Below, piece by piece: positions 55,312 through 63,314 of a stretch of 64,000 nucleotides of DNA. Position numbers and translations under genes: made by a program. Below the pieces are notes generated by a model. That model had not been told where the DNA came from. It worked only from the letters and a program-made list of their open reading frames with translations, and did no database searches. The stretch's first letter is position 1, and each line of letters begins with the position of its first letter. Source of the DNA: Halieaceae bacterium (GTDB lineage Bacteria; Pseudomonadota; Gammaproteobacteria; Pseudomonadales; Halieaceae); NCBI GenBank assembly GCA_963921335.3, contig CAWUFC020000002.1, positions 882,120 to 946,119 on the forward strand. The letters are read 5' to 3'.

Positions 55312-56541
55312 TCAGACCCTCTCTATGATAATCGCCGGTGCCATACCACCACCGGCACACATCGTCACTAGTCCCCGCTGCAAGTCCCGACGCTCCAACT
55401 CATCAAGCATAGTACCGATAAGAATAGAGCCCGTCGCTCCAATCGGATGACCGAGCGCCATGGCACCGCCATTCACGTTCACTGTATCGCGATCCAGCTC
55501 CAGATCACGAATGAACTTTTCGGCCACTACCGCAAAAGCCTCGTTGATCTCGAACAGGTCGATATCCTCGAGAGTCAGGCCTGCCCTGTCCAGCACCTTG
55601 CGAGCTGCTGGCACGGGAGCATTTAGCATCAAGGTCGGATCGTCACCCATATTCGTCATGGCCACGATGCGGGCGCGCGGCTTGAGTCCATGAGCCCTGG
55701 CATAATCAGTTGAAGCCAGCAGCACAGCAGCAGCGCCATCCACAACACCCGATGAGTTACCTGCGTGGTGCACATGCTGGATATCGACATCAGGGTATTT
55801 CTGCAGCATGAGGCTGCGAAAGGTCATGCCATTCTCATCCAGGGGATAATCAGCGAGTGCAGCAAACGAAGGTTTCAGTTCTGCAAGCCCCTCTGCTGTA
55901 GTCTGCGGACGTGGGAATTCCTCGTGATCGAGGGCCAAAGAACCATCTTCATTATGTACCGGCACGAGAGCTTTCTCGAAGTGGCCATTCTTTATGGCGT
56001 AGTCCGCCCGCGCCTGAGAGACCAGCGCCAGTGCATCCAGGTCTTCACGGGGAATACCCTCAAGAGTCGCAATGGTGTCCGCACACAAACCCTGGTGGGT
56101 CTGGGGGTGAAGCTGGCGTAAATGTGTATTGCCCTGATCCATGACCGGGAATCGATCAAACTGGCCACTCAGAGACATCATCTCAGTGCCGCCGCCAATG
56201 GTCATGTCTTCCATGCCAGACATAATATTGGCTGCGGCAATATTCACTGCCGTGATGCCTGAGCCACAAAACCGGTCCAGCGTCATGGCGCTGGACTTGA
56301 TATCGTAGCCTGCATCCAGGGCACACATGCGACCGAGATCACCGGCCTGTGGGCCCATCTGGGCGCTGGTGCCCCAAACGATGTCATCTACTGCGGAGGT
56401 ATCCAGCGAATTGCGCTCGGCAATGGCCTTGAGCACGGTTGAGCCTAATCTTTGCGGGTGGATATGAGCCAACGCACCTTTACCGGGCTTTCCAATGCCA
56501 CGAGGGGTACGGCAGGCGTCGATGATGACGGCTTCAGCCAT
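55312..56541 (-). CDS. acetyl-CoA C-acyltransferase (thiolase)
   Basis: DRFCGSG, NGGAMALGHPIGATG and TMCAGGGMA motifs. Confidence 0.9.
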   Translation of the reverse strand: MAEAVIIDACRTPRGIGKPGKGALAHIHPQRLGSTVLKAIAERNSLDTSAVDDIVWGTSAQMGPQAGDLGRMCALDAGYDIKSSAMTLDRFCGSGITAVNIAAANIMSGMEDMTIGGGTEMMSLSGQFDRFPVMDQGNTHLRQLHPQTHQGLCADTIATLEGIPREDLDALALVSQARADYAIKNGHFEKALVPVHNEDGSLALDHEEFPRPQTTAEGLAELKPSFAALADYPLDENGMTFRSLMLQKYPDVDIQHVHHAGNSSGVVDGAAAVLLASTDYARAHGLKPRARIVAMTNMGDDPTLMLNAPVPAARKVLDRAGLTLEDIDLFEINEAFAVVAEKFIRDLELDRDTVNVNGGAMALGHPIGATGSILIGTMLDELERRDLQRGLVTMCAGGGMAPAIIIERV

Positions 56542-56623
56542 GATAAGTCTCCTGATATCTGTTTGCTCAGCTCACCAGCATACAACGTTGTCCTGCTAAG
56601 TCGAATGGCGAACAAGCAGCGGC

Positions 56624-57877
56624 TTACATCTCGTCGACAACGCCATATCGCTCCTGATAACGCTTGAACAGCGGGCGGTCCTTACTGCGCCGCGCATCCA
56701 CTGTGTATTTGTGCACGCCAAACTTACCCTTGGGTTTGGATTCAAGGTAGGCCAGCATTCGCGACTTTGCAGTGTCAGTGAGATCTATTCCAAAGTAGTC
56801 GTAAATACCGGAAATACAGCCCATGGGATCATCCATTAAGTCCTGGTAGCGAGAATCAGTAATATTGGCCTCGGGCACCCTCCCGCTGTCGCGCTGTTGC
56901 ATCACCTTTTCCAGGCGTTGCGCAGTGGGTTCACCCAGCACAATATTCTCAAACACCTCCGCATTAAATGGCTGGTCGCTGCGCATGTAATACAGCGCCC
57001 CCATCAGGCTGACACTGGATGACATGCATTTAATCGGATCTCGATGGGTTTGCACGATACGGGCGTCCGGGTACACCGCCAGAAGTGTCTCAAGGTGCTG
57101 CTGATGCTCCGGCGCCTTCAGCAGCCAACGCTCTCCGGGCATCTTCCACTGCAAAATCTGCAAGACCTGTTTGTGATATTGATAAGCGGGCAGGTAATCC
57201 GCCTCGGCACACCAGGCGCTGTAACTCGGTATCTGGTGTAAAGCGGCGATCAGGTCACTGACAAAGCTACCCGCCATGATCTGGCCACATTCGGCTGGGA
57301 TCTGTCCGCGCATTTCATGAATCGTTGCGAACTCGGGCACCACCCTGGACCACTGAGTAACCAATAAGTCGGCCTGCTCAATGCGCGGGTCAGTGGCGTA
57401 GGTCTCAGGCTCGGGCGGCGGGCACGGAAACATGGCCTCCCAGCACTCCGGCACGCGCACCACAGGGTCTTGAGCAAGCAATTCGAACAGAATGGATGTG
57501 CCCGAGCGAGGTAAGCCCACGATGACCATAGGCGCCTCAACTTCCTGTTCGAGAATCTCAGGATGTCGCTTCAGCTCATCGACGACCTGCAGTCGCGTGC
57601 TCAACCAGATGATAATGTCACTGCGGGCCATGATCCTACCCATCAGGTTGAGCTGCGCCTCATCCTGCAGCGCCTGCAACATAATTTCAAAGGGCTCACG
57701 CCAGTCGTCACTGCCAAAATCTGTCAAACCTTTGTTTGCACAGGCGCCATCAATCAGTGAGTTTTCGTCCAGGGGCACCACTTCTTCTACATCAAGATAG
57801 GAGCCTTCCCGGTTAATCGCCTGCACCCAGTCGGGGCGAGGCGGCTGGGTCCAGTCGGTGAGTCCCTTCTCTTCCAT
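56624..57877 (-). CDS. sulfotransferase family protein
   Basis: VIVGLPRSGTSILFELLAQDP is a PAPS-binding 5'-PSB loop as in Sulfotransfer_3 proteins, followed by WEAMFPCPPPE. Confidence 0.75.
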   Translation of the reverse strand: MEEKGLTDWTQPPRPDWVQAINREGSYLDVEEVVPLDENSLIDGACANKGLTDFGSDDWREPFEIMLQALQDEAQLNLMGRIMARSDIIIWLSTRLQVVDELKRHPEILEQEVEAPMVIVGLPRSGTSILFELLAQDPVVRVPECWEAMFPCPPPEPETYATDPRIEQADLLVTQWSRVVPEFATIHEMRGQIPAECGQIMAGSFVSDLIAALHQIPSYSAWCAEADYLPAYQYHKQVLQILQWKMPGERWLLKAPEHQQHLETLLAVYPDARIVQTHRDPIKCMSSSVSLMGALYYMRSDQPFNAEVFENIVLGEPTAQRLEKVMQQRDSGRVPEANITDSRYQDLMDDPMGCISGIYDYFGIDLTDTAKSRMLAYLESKPKGKFGVHKYTVDARRSKDRPLFKRYQERYGVVDEM

Positions 57878-58036
57878 TCATTTACCTCGGTCTTACAGTC
57901 TTTATATTTTCTACTGGGAAATAGAACAGCGGCCCGGCAGACGCAGTCATCATAGTCTACGCGAGGCTGAGCTCACTCAACGCCGAGCAACGCAGACTGC
58001 AATACACCGACTATTTAAACCACTCCAATTGTTAAT

Positions 58037-58054
58037 ATAGGACATCCGTCCTAT
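58037..58054. promoter_or_regulatory. 7-bp inverted repeat ATAGGAC-N4-GTCCTAT upstream of the 58090 operon (candidate TetR operator)
   Basis: This perfect palindromic arm pair sits in an AT-rich stretch 36 nt upstream of ATG 58090. A TetR gene is the second gene of the operon. Confidence 0.4.
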
Positions 58055-58089
58055 TATAAAACTTGATTCGACCGAATAGGAACGAGTAC

Positions 58090-59286
58090 ATGTATGGCGA
58101 TAACCCACGTGATGAAGAGCTCAAAGCGATTTGGGACAATTTCTGCGACACGCTCAAATCATCGGGTGACCTGATTTTCAGAGACACCACTCCCTCTGCA
58201 GACATTGACCGGGCCAAAGGCCTGCGCCTGCTGGCACGTAACATCTCCCTGGGTCTGCAGTTCCAACTTGATAACGCCGACCCGGACTTCCCGGAGATCA
58301 TTCACTACTTCGACCCCATTCGTAAGCAAGGTGGCGATAACACAGACGCCTACTACTCGGGTGCGCCCATCAACGGGACCAATACCTATCGAATCACAGG
58401 CAAGCGCGGCACTGCCAAATACTTTGCGATTACGGTACTGGAAGATGGCAATACACCCTGGGGCGGTGGCGTTACCAGTAACCTGATCAACGATGACGTA
58501 ATCGTAGATGAGGACGGCAATTTTGAGCTTATCGTCAGCCCCGACCCGGACCCGGGTGGCTCTGGCAACTGGATACAAACCACCCCCGGCGCCTGGCGCC
58601 TGACTTTCCGGGAGTTTTTTGCCGATTGGGAGAACGAAGAGCCCATGCGCGCGTTTATTGAACGGCTGAATGACGTGGGTGAGGAGCCGCTCACCAATAT
58701 CGACGACATTGGTAAAGGTCTGGCCGATACGGCCAGCTGGGTAAAGGACTCCACCCTGTACTGGGCAGACATGCTGGACAAGTGGAAAGTGCAGCCCAAC
58801 AAGTTCCTCTCCTACGGCCAGCTGGAAGACAACAAGATTGACTTCACCCCAGGTGGGGCACCACTCATCAGCTACTGGCAGTTGCCACAAGACGAAGCCA
58901 TTGTGGTTCGCGTCACCCCACCCCAGGCGGAATATTGGGCGGTGGAGTTTGGCAATTACTGGTGGGAAACCATGGACTATCGTCGCCGCCTCACAAACAC
59001 CAACTGCCACTACGCAGAGCTGGAGGACGACGGCGAACTCATTCTTGTGATTGCCCATAACGATCCGGGACATCCCAACTGGCTGGACCCATCAGGACAT
59101 GAAGAGGGTTATGTCACCGTGCGCTGGATCGGCGCAGACCATTACCCGGTACCCGAAGCCATACAGATCAAACTGGATCAACTAGACGCGATGCTCCCGC
59201 GGGGCGGTAACAGGCTGAATGCCGATGAGCGAAAAGCGCAACTGGCCGGACGTCGTCGCGGTGTCATTAGACGCTTCGGATCCTAA
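58090..59286 (+). CDS. conserved hypothetical protein (possibly DUF1214-like fold)
   Basis: It is a long ORF with coding-like composition and tight spacing to the downstream TetR (3 nt). Segments such as DEDGNFELIVSPDP..GNWIQT and GHPNWLDPSGHEEGYVTVRW loosely recall DUF1214. The function is unknown. Confidence 0.55.
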   Translation: MYGDNPRDEELKAIWDNFCDTLKSSGDLIFRDTTPSADIDRAKGLRLLARNISLGLQFQLDNADPDFPEIIHYFDPIRKQGGDNTDAYYSGAPINGTNTYRITGKRGTAKYFAITVLEDGNTPWGGGVTSNLINDDVIVDEDGNFELIVSPDPDPGGSGNWIQTTPGAWRLTFREFFADWENEEPMRAFIERLNDVGEEPLTNIDDIGKGLADTASWVKDSTLYWADMLDKWKVQPNKFLSYGQLEDNKIDFTPGGAPLISYWQLPQDEAIVVRVTPPQAEYWAVEFGNYWWETMDYRRRLTNTNCHYAELEDDGELILVIAHNDPGHPNWLDPSGHEEGYVTVRWIGADHYPVPEAIQIKLDQLDAMLPRGGNRLNADERKAQLAGRRRGVIRRFGS

Positions 59287-59289
59287 ACA

Positions 59290-59889
59290 ATGCCCAAAGT
59301 CGTAAATCACGAGACACGCCGGCGTGAGATTACCGAGGTCGCTATCGACATCATTGCCCGCGGGGGCATGGAAGCTGCCACGATCAGGGAAATTGCCAGC
59401 GCCTGTGGTTACTCCAAAGGCGTGGTCGAGCACTATTTTGACAACAAGGAAGCGATTATCAGCGCCGCGCTGGCACTGTTAAACGGCAACTACAACGCTC
59501 GCGCCGAACGATGCATTGACGGGCTGCGCGGAATCTCGGCAATTCAGCAGCGGCTACAAGCCACTCTGCCCCTGTCAGAGGAGCAGAAAAAGGAATGGCG
59601 GGTACGACTGATTTTCTGGTCAATGGCCGCCGTCGATGCCGAGCTCAAGAAACAGCAAGCCAAACGTCTCAAAATGGCTGCTCAGCAATTCGCACAACAC
59701 TTTAAAGAAGCAGTACAGGACGGCGAACTACCTGCCGGCACGGATACGGACAATGCAGGTCGACGCCTGGTCGCCACAACCACAGGCCTTTCGATAGCCG
59801 CCCTGCACAATCAACAGCTGGGCCAGCGTAAATTCTTGCTGGCCGAAATCGATCACTTAATAGACGCCCTGCCTGGGCGCAGGCAGTAA
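59290..59889 (+). CDS. TetR/AcrR family transcriptional regulator
   Basis: RRREITEVAIDIIARGGMEAATIREIASACGYSKGVVEHYFDNKEAII. Confidence 0.9.
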   Translation: MPKVVNHETRRREITEVAIDIIARGGMEAATIREIASACGYSKGVVEHYFDNKEAIISAALALLNGNYNARAERCIDGLRGISAIQQRLQATLPLSEEQKKEWRVRLIFWSMAAVDAELKKQQAKRLKMAAQQFAQHFKEAVQDGELPAGTDTDNAGRRLVATTTGLSIAALHNQQLGQRKFLLAEIDHLIDALPGRRQ

Positions 59890-59902
59890 ACAGGAGAGGA
59901 AC

Positions 59903-60736
59903 ATGGATCTGGGACTGAAAGGCAAAACAGCAATTATCACGGGCGGATCTGGCGGTATTGGCCAGGGTATGGTGCTCGCTTTCGCGCGCGAAGGTATCAA
60001 TGTGATCAGCGCATCCCGCGACGCCAAGAGCGGGGAAAAACTGACTCAACAGGCTGCAGAAGCAGGTTACCAGGGAAAAATCCTGGCGGTGGCCACTGAT
60101 GTCACCGATCGCGCCTCTGTTGATGCCATGGTGGAAATCTGCCACAAGGAATTCGGTCTGGTCGACATCCTGGTGAACAACGCTGGCGGTGCGTCACATC
60201 CTGCTGAATTCACTGGTCTGGAGAACGAAAGTCGGGAGTTCGAAATCAAGCTGAACATCGACGGCGTAGTGAATTGCTGCCAGGCGGTGGCCGAAGACAT
60301 GCTCAGCCGCGGCAAAGGTTCTGTAGTTAACATCTCCTCTAATTCCTCCCTGCTCGGCGAGGCAGCAGCACACTTGATTCACTATGGCGGCGTCAAAGGC
60401 TTTGTGAACTCCTTCAGTAAAGGTCTTGCCTGGGAGTGGGCACCCAAGGGCGTTCGCGTGAACAATATCTGCCCAGGATGGATTGTGCCGGAAACCGAAG
60501 AAGCCGTCGGCGAAGGCAGCTTCTGGCGCAAATTTGGCTTCGACATGATGGGCAACCCAGAGCAAATGCAAAAGGCACTCGAAGAAGGCACTCTCTTTAA
60601 TATGAGCGGCCTTCCCATGCCCAAACTGGGACGCCCGGATGACATTGCCAACTGCGCCATGTTCCTGTCATCAGATTGCGCCGGCTACATTACCGGGCAG
60701 ATGATCAGCATCAGTGGCGGCGCCTTTATGCACTAG
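59903..60736 (+). CDS. SDR family oxidoreductase
   Basis: TGGSGGIGQG, NNAG and YGGVK motifs. Confidence 0.9.
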   Translation: MDLGLKGKTAIITGGSGGIGQGMVLAFAREGINVISASRDAKSGEKLTQQAAEAGYQGKILAVATDVTDRASVDAMVEICHKEFGLVDILVNNAGGASHPAEFTGLENESREFEIKLNIDGVVNCCQAVAEDMLSRGKGSVVNISSNSSLLGEAAAHLIHYGGVKGFVNSFSKGLAWEWAPKGVRVNNICPGWIVPETEEAVGEGSFWRKFGFDMMGNPEQMQKALEEGTLFNMSGLPMPKLGRPDDIANCAMFLSSDCAGYITGQMISISGGAFMH

Positions 60737-60769
60737 GCCGAAGCATCGGCACTCTTCAAGGAGAACAGT

Positions 60770-61540
60770 ATGAATATCGATTATTCCGGTAAATCTGTGT
60801 TGGTCACTGGCGCTGGTGGTTATATAGGCAGTGCCAGTGCACTTCAGTTTGCCAGCTTGGGTGCCACCGTCATCGCTTCAGGCATCACCGAGGAGAGCCT
60901 GCAATCACTGGTTAATTCGATCACCCAGTCCGGCGGCAATATCCACACTGTGGCGGCTGATCTAACGGCTCCAGAACAAGTGGATGCCATGATAGATGCA
61001 GCCCTGCAGTATTGCGGGCAGATCGACGTGCTGTTCAACAATGCTGGCGGCATGATGCCTACACCCCTGCTGGAGGTGGACCGAGCTGCCTATGAAGAGG
61101 TACTCAGTGTAAATTTTGAAGCGGTCTACCAGGCCTGTTACCGGGCGCTGCCCAGTATGGTTGCAAATGGCGGAGGCGTCATCATCAATACCACATCCGC
61201 GGCAGGCACGCTGGCTGTGAATGGCCTCGCCGCTTACGGCGCCGCCAAAGCAGGGGTAAACAGCCTGACCCGCAGTATCGCCATCGAATTTGGCAAAAAA
61301 GGTATTCGCGCTAATGCCATTGCCCCGTCAGCGGCCTCCCCCAATATGCTGGCCTACCTGGACACGCTCCCCGAGGGGCGCGAAGGCTTCGCAGATGCAC
61401 AACCCATGGGTCGGGTTGGCAGCGCGGAGGAAATTGCCAACGCGGCGATCTTCCTTGCGTCTGATTACGCGAGTTTTATCAATGGCGTGGTCTTACCTGT
61501 TGATGGCGGCATTGAGGCTCGACTGGCCACACCACAGTAA
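60770..61540 (+). CDS. SDR family oxidoreductase
   Basis: TGAGGYIGSA, NNAG and YGAAKAG motifs. Confidence 0.9.
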   Translation: MNIDYSGKSVLVTGAGGYIGSASALQFASLGATVIASGITEESLQSLVNSITQSGGNIHTVAADLTAPEQVDAMIDAALQYCGQIDVLFNNAGGMMPTPLLEVDRAAYEEVLSVNFEAVYQACYRALPSMVANGGGVIINTTSAAGTLAVNGLAAYGAAKAGVNSLTRSIAIEFGKKGIRANAIAPSAASPNMLAYLDTLPEGREGFADAQPMGRVGSAEEIANAAIFLASDYASFINGVVLPVDGGIEARLATPQ

Positions 61541-61543
61541 GGC

Positions 61544-61927
61544 CTAATCAGACGCTGGCTTCGGCATCCGCGTTGACCACCAGATACAGGCTAACAGCAG
61601 CAGCTGAATCACCAGGCGAATGCTGAGAAAGGCTTCGGGCACATCGGGAAACAAATCCGGGTTGAGCCACATATGGATGTTAGCGGGTGTGACGGCAACC
61701 GTCAGTGCGATCAGACAGTTGCCCGCCAGCTGACGGGTTGCAGGCAGCAAAATGCCAATGGCCCCCAGAATTTCCAGCCCCCCGCTTATATAGACAAGCT
61801 CCAGGTGCCAGCCGATATAGGGAGGCATGATATTGATGTAGAAGTCTGGATCGGTGAAGTGAGTAATGCCCCCTACTATGAACCAGATAAACACAATGGC
61901 CAGCCCCAGGTACTGCCATCTAAACAT
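61544..61927 (-). CDS. DoxX-like family membrane protein
   Basis: 127-aa ORF with four hydrophobic helices. GGLEILGAIGILLP..NIHM resembles DoxX-like proteins. Confidence 0.65.
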   Translation of the reverse strand: MFRWQYLGLAIVFIWFIVGGITHFTDPDFYINIMPPYIGWHLELVYISGGLEILGAIGILLPATRQLAGNCLIALTVAVTPANIHMWLNPDLFPDVPEAFLSIRLVIQLLLLACIWWSTRMPKPASD

Positions 61928-62052
61928 GTCGCCCTCCCCGGTCGATCTTGTTCGTCACATTGCACACCGCAACAAAAGCTGCAAAATCAAACGCTTAGCT
62001 AGTTTTTATTTCCGCACAGCATAAAGGACAAGTCGTTGATTCCAAATAGATT

Positions 62053-62111
62053 TTAGAAATTTCGCATCCCACAGTATTTACACATTTTATCCACAGCCTT
62101 ATGCCTATACA
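62053..62111 (+). promoter_or_regulatory. candidate promoter with GacA/LetA/UvrY-like box upstream of the GGA-rich RNA
   Basis: TTAGAAATTTCGCA (62053-62066) differs at one position from the Legionella LetA consensus TNAGAAATTTCTNA as I recall it. TTTACA (62077-62082)-17 nt-TATGCC (62100-62105) follows, then TATACA. Confidence 0.35.
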
Positions 62112-62555
62112 GGGCTCAGCGATTCTGAGATTCTAAATCCATGGCCACGGAGCTTCGGTTCCGAAAGAGCCAAACCCCGATTGGCCGGGGATGGGATCAC
62201 AGCCAATAGTGATCAACGGGCAGGGAAAGCTGCCGTGCTGAAGGACCCGCGAGGGGACGGAGGCAGCCAGGAAAGCCTTCGGGCAGGAATGGTGAGGAAG
62301 TGGGAACTGCGCGAACTCGTGACAGCGATACGCGAACGCTAAAGCGGGTGGACGTTGCCAAGCGTCACAAAATATAGGGAATCTCGATTCCCGGGCCGGT
62401 AGAAGCAGAGTTTGAGGTGCGCTTGCGCAGCGAGGACGAAGCGGAGACCGAGTCAAGGCGGAAAGCGGAGCCGACGGGTCAAACCAAGGGCGATGTGGGA
62501 AGCCGACTGAACCAGGGGGATGACGTCTTCGGATTTCATCCCCCGTTTAGTTTTT
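62112..62555 (+). ncRNA. candidate ~440-nt GGA-rich structured sRNA (CsrB/RsmB-like CsrA-titrating RNA?)
   Basis: There are 20 GGA on the plus strand between 62149 and 62555, against 3 TCC. Many are in A/C-R-GGA contexts (ACGGAG, CAGGGAAA, AAGGAC, CAGGAAA, CAGGAAU, GAGGAAG). The hairpin 62219-62234, GGCAG-GGAAAG-CUGCC, displays GGA in its loop. Three hairpins are UUCG-capped. There is no credible ORF, and the region ends in an intrinsic terminator. The 5' end is estimated from the promoter guess. Confidence 0.5.
62515..62555 (+). terminator. Rho-independent terminator
   Basis: A 9-bp stem GGGGGAUGA/UCAUCCCCC (62515-62523 / 62536-62544) has an inner UUCG-capped extension and is followed by GUUUAGUUUUU. 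Confidence 0.8.
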
Positions 62556-62654
62556 ACCCCTCCCAAAAAAGCCATTACCACAATCTCACTTGCCACTCGC
62601 GGCATTTATTGACAGACTTTATGTCAATAAATCGAGCAGCTAGGAGATAATTCC

Positions 62655-63299
62655 ATGATCAAGTTGTACGGCGTTCACGGCTCGCCATTTGTTCGCAAAG
62701 TCTTTGTCGCACTGGACATTAAAGGTATCGAGTTTGAGGTGGTTCCAACCATGCCATTCTCCGGCGACCAGGAATACCGAAAGATTAACCCACTGGGCAA
62801 GGTACCCACCATCCAGGATGGCGACCTTACCCTTGGCGATTCCAAAGTGATCTGCCACTACCTGGAGGACGCCTACCCCGAGCCGGCTCTCTACCCCAAA
62901 GAAAGCAAGCAGCGTGCCATGGCCAACTGGTATGAAGACCTTTGCGGTGGCGATGTGGCGGCAATGGCCGCGGGCATTTTCTTCCAGCGCTTTATGCGTC
63001 CCTTCGCGTTTAACCAGGAACCGGACGAAGAGCTGGTATCAAAGATCACCGACAAGCAGTTACCTCCAATGCTCGACTACCTGGATAGTCAGTCACCGGA
63101 AGACGGGTTTGTATTTGGCGAATTCCAGATGGCCGACCTGGCCATGATCAGCCCGTTTATTAACGCAGCATACGCGGGTTATGAAGTAGACGCTGAGCGC
63201 TGGCCGAAATTCGCTGGCCTGATCGCGCGAGTCAAACAACAGGAACCTGTCGCCAAAGTGCTGGCGCAGGAGGCTGAAGCATTGGGTTTTAACAAGTAG
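62655..63299 (+). CDS. glutathione S-transferase
   Basis: MIKLYGVHGSPFVRKV..INPLGKVPTIQDGD..L.DSKVICHYLED is a GST N-terminal thioredoxin-like domain. AGGAG lies upstream. Confidence 0.9.
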   Translation: MIKLYGVHGSPFVRKVFVALDIKGIEFEVVPTMPFSGDQEYRKINPLGKVPTIQDGDLTLGDSKVICHYLEDAYPEPALYPKESKQRAMANWYEDLCGGDVAAMAAGIFFQRFMRPFAFNQEPDEELVSKITDKQLPPMLDYLDSQSPEDGFVFGEFQMADLAMISPFINAAYAGYEVDAERWPKFAGLIARVKQQEPVAKVLAQEAEALGFNK

Positions 63300-63314
63300 T
63301 TCGGAGTCAATGTT

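Noticed and set aside
62112-62555. Known housekeeping or regulatory RNA (RNase P RNA, tmRNA, 6S, cobalamin riboswitch, group II intron fragment).
   Set aside because: I could not find the conserved cores on either strand. Those are GGAAAGUCCGGGC and ACAGAACCCGGCUUA for RNase P, the GGGGCUGAUUCUGGAUUCGAC 5' end and tRNA-like 3' end for tmRNA, the B12 box, and an intron domain V. This was checked by eye only, so an Infernal scan is still needed.
62133-62650. ORFs 62133..62456 (-) and 62417..62650 (+) inside the non-coding gap.
   Set aside because: Neither has an RBS, both have low-complexity Pro/Arg/Ser or Arg/Glu-rich translations, and the plus ORF runs through an intrinsic terminator. The region is better explained as an RNA gene.
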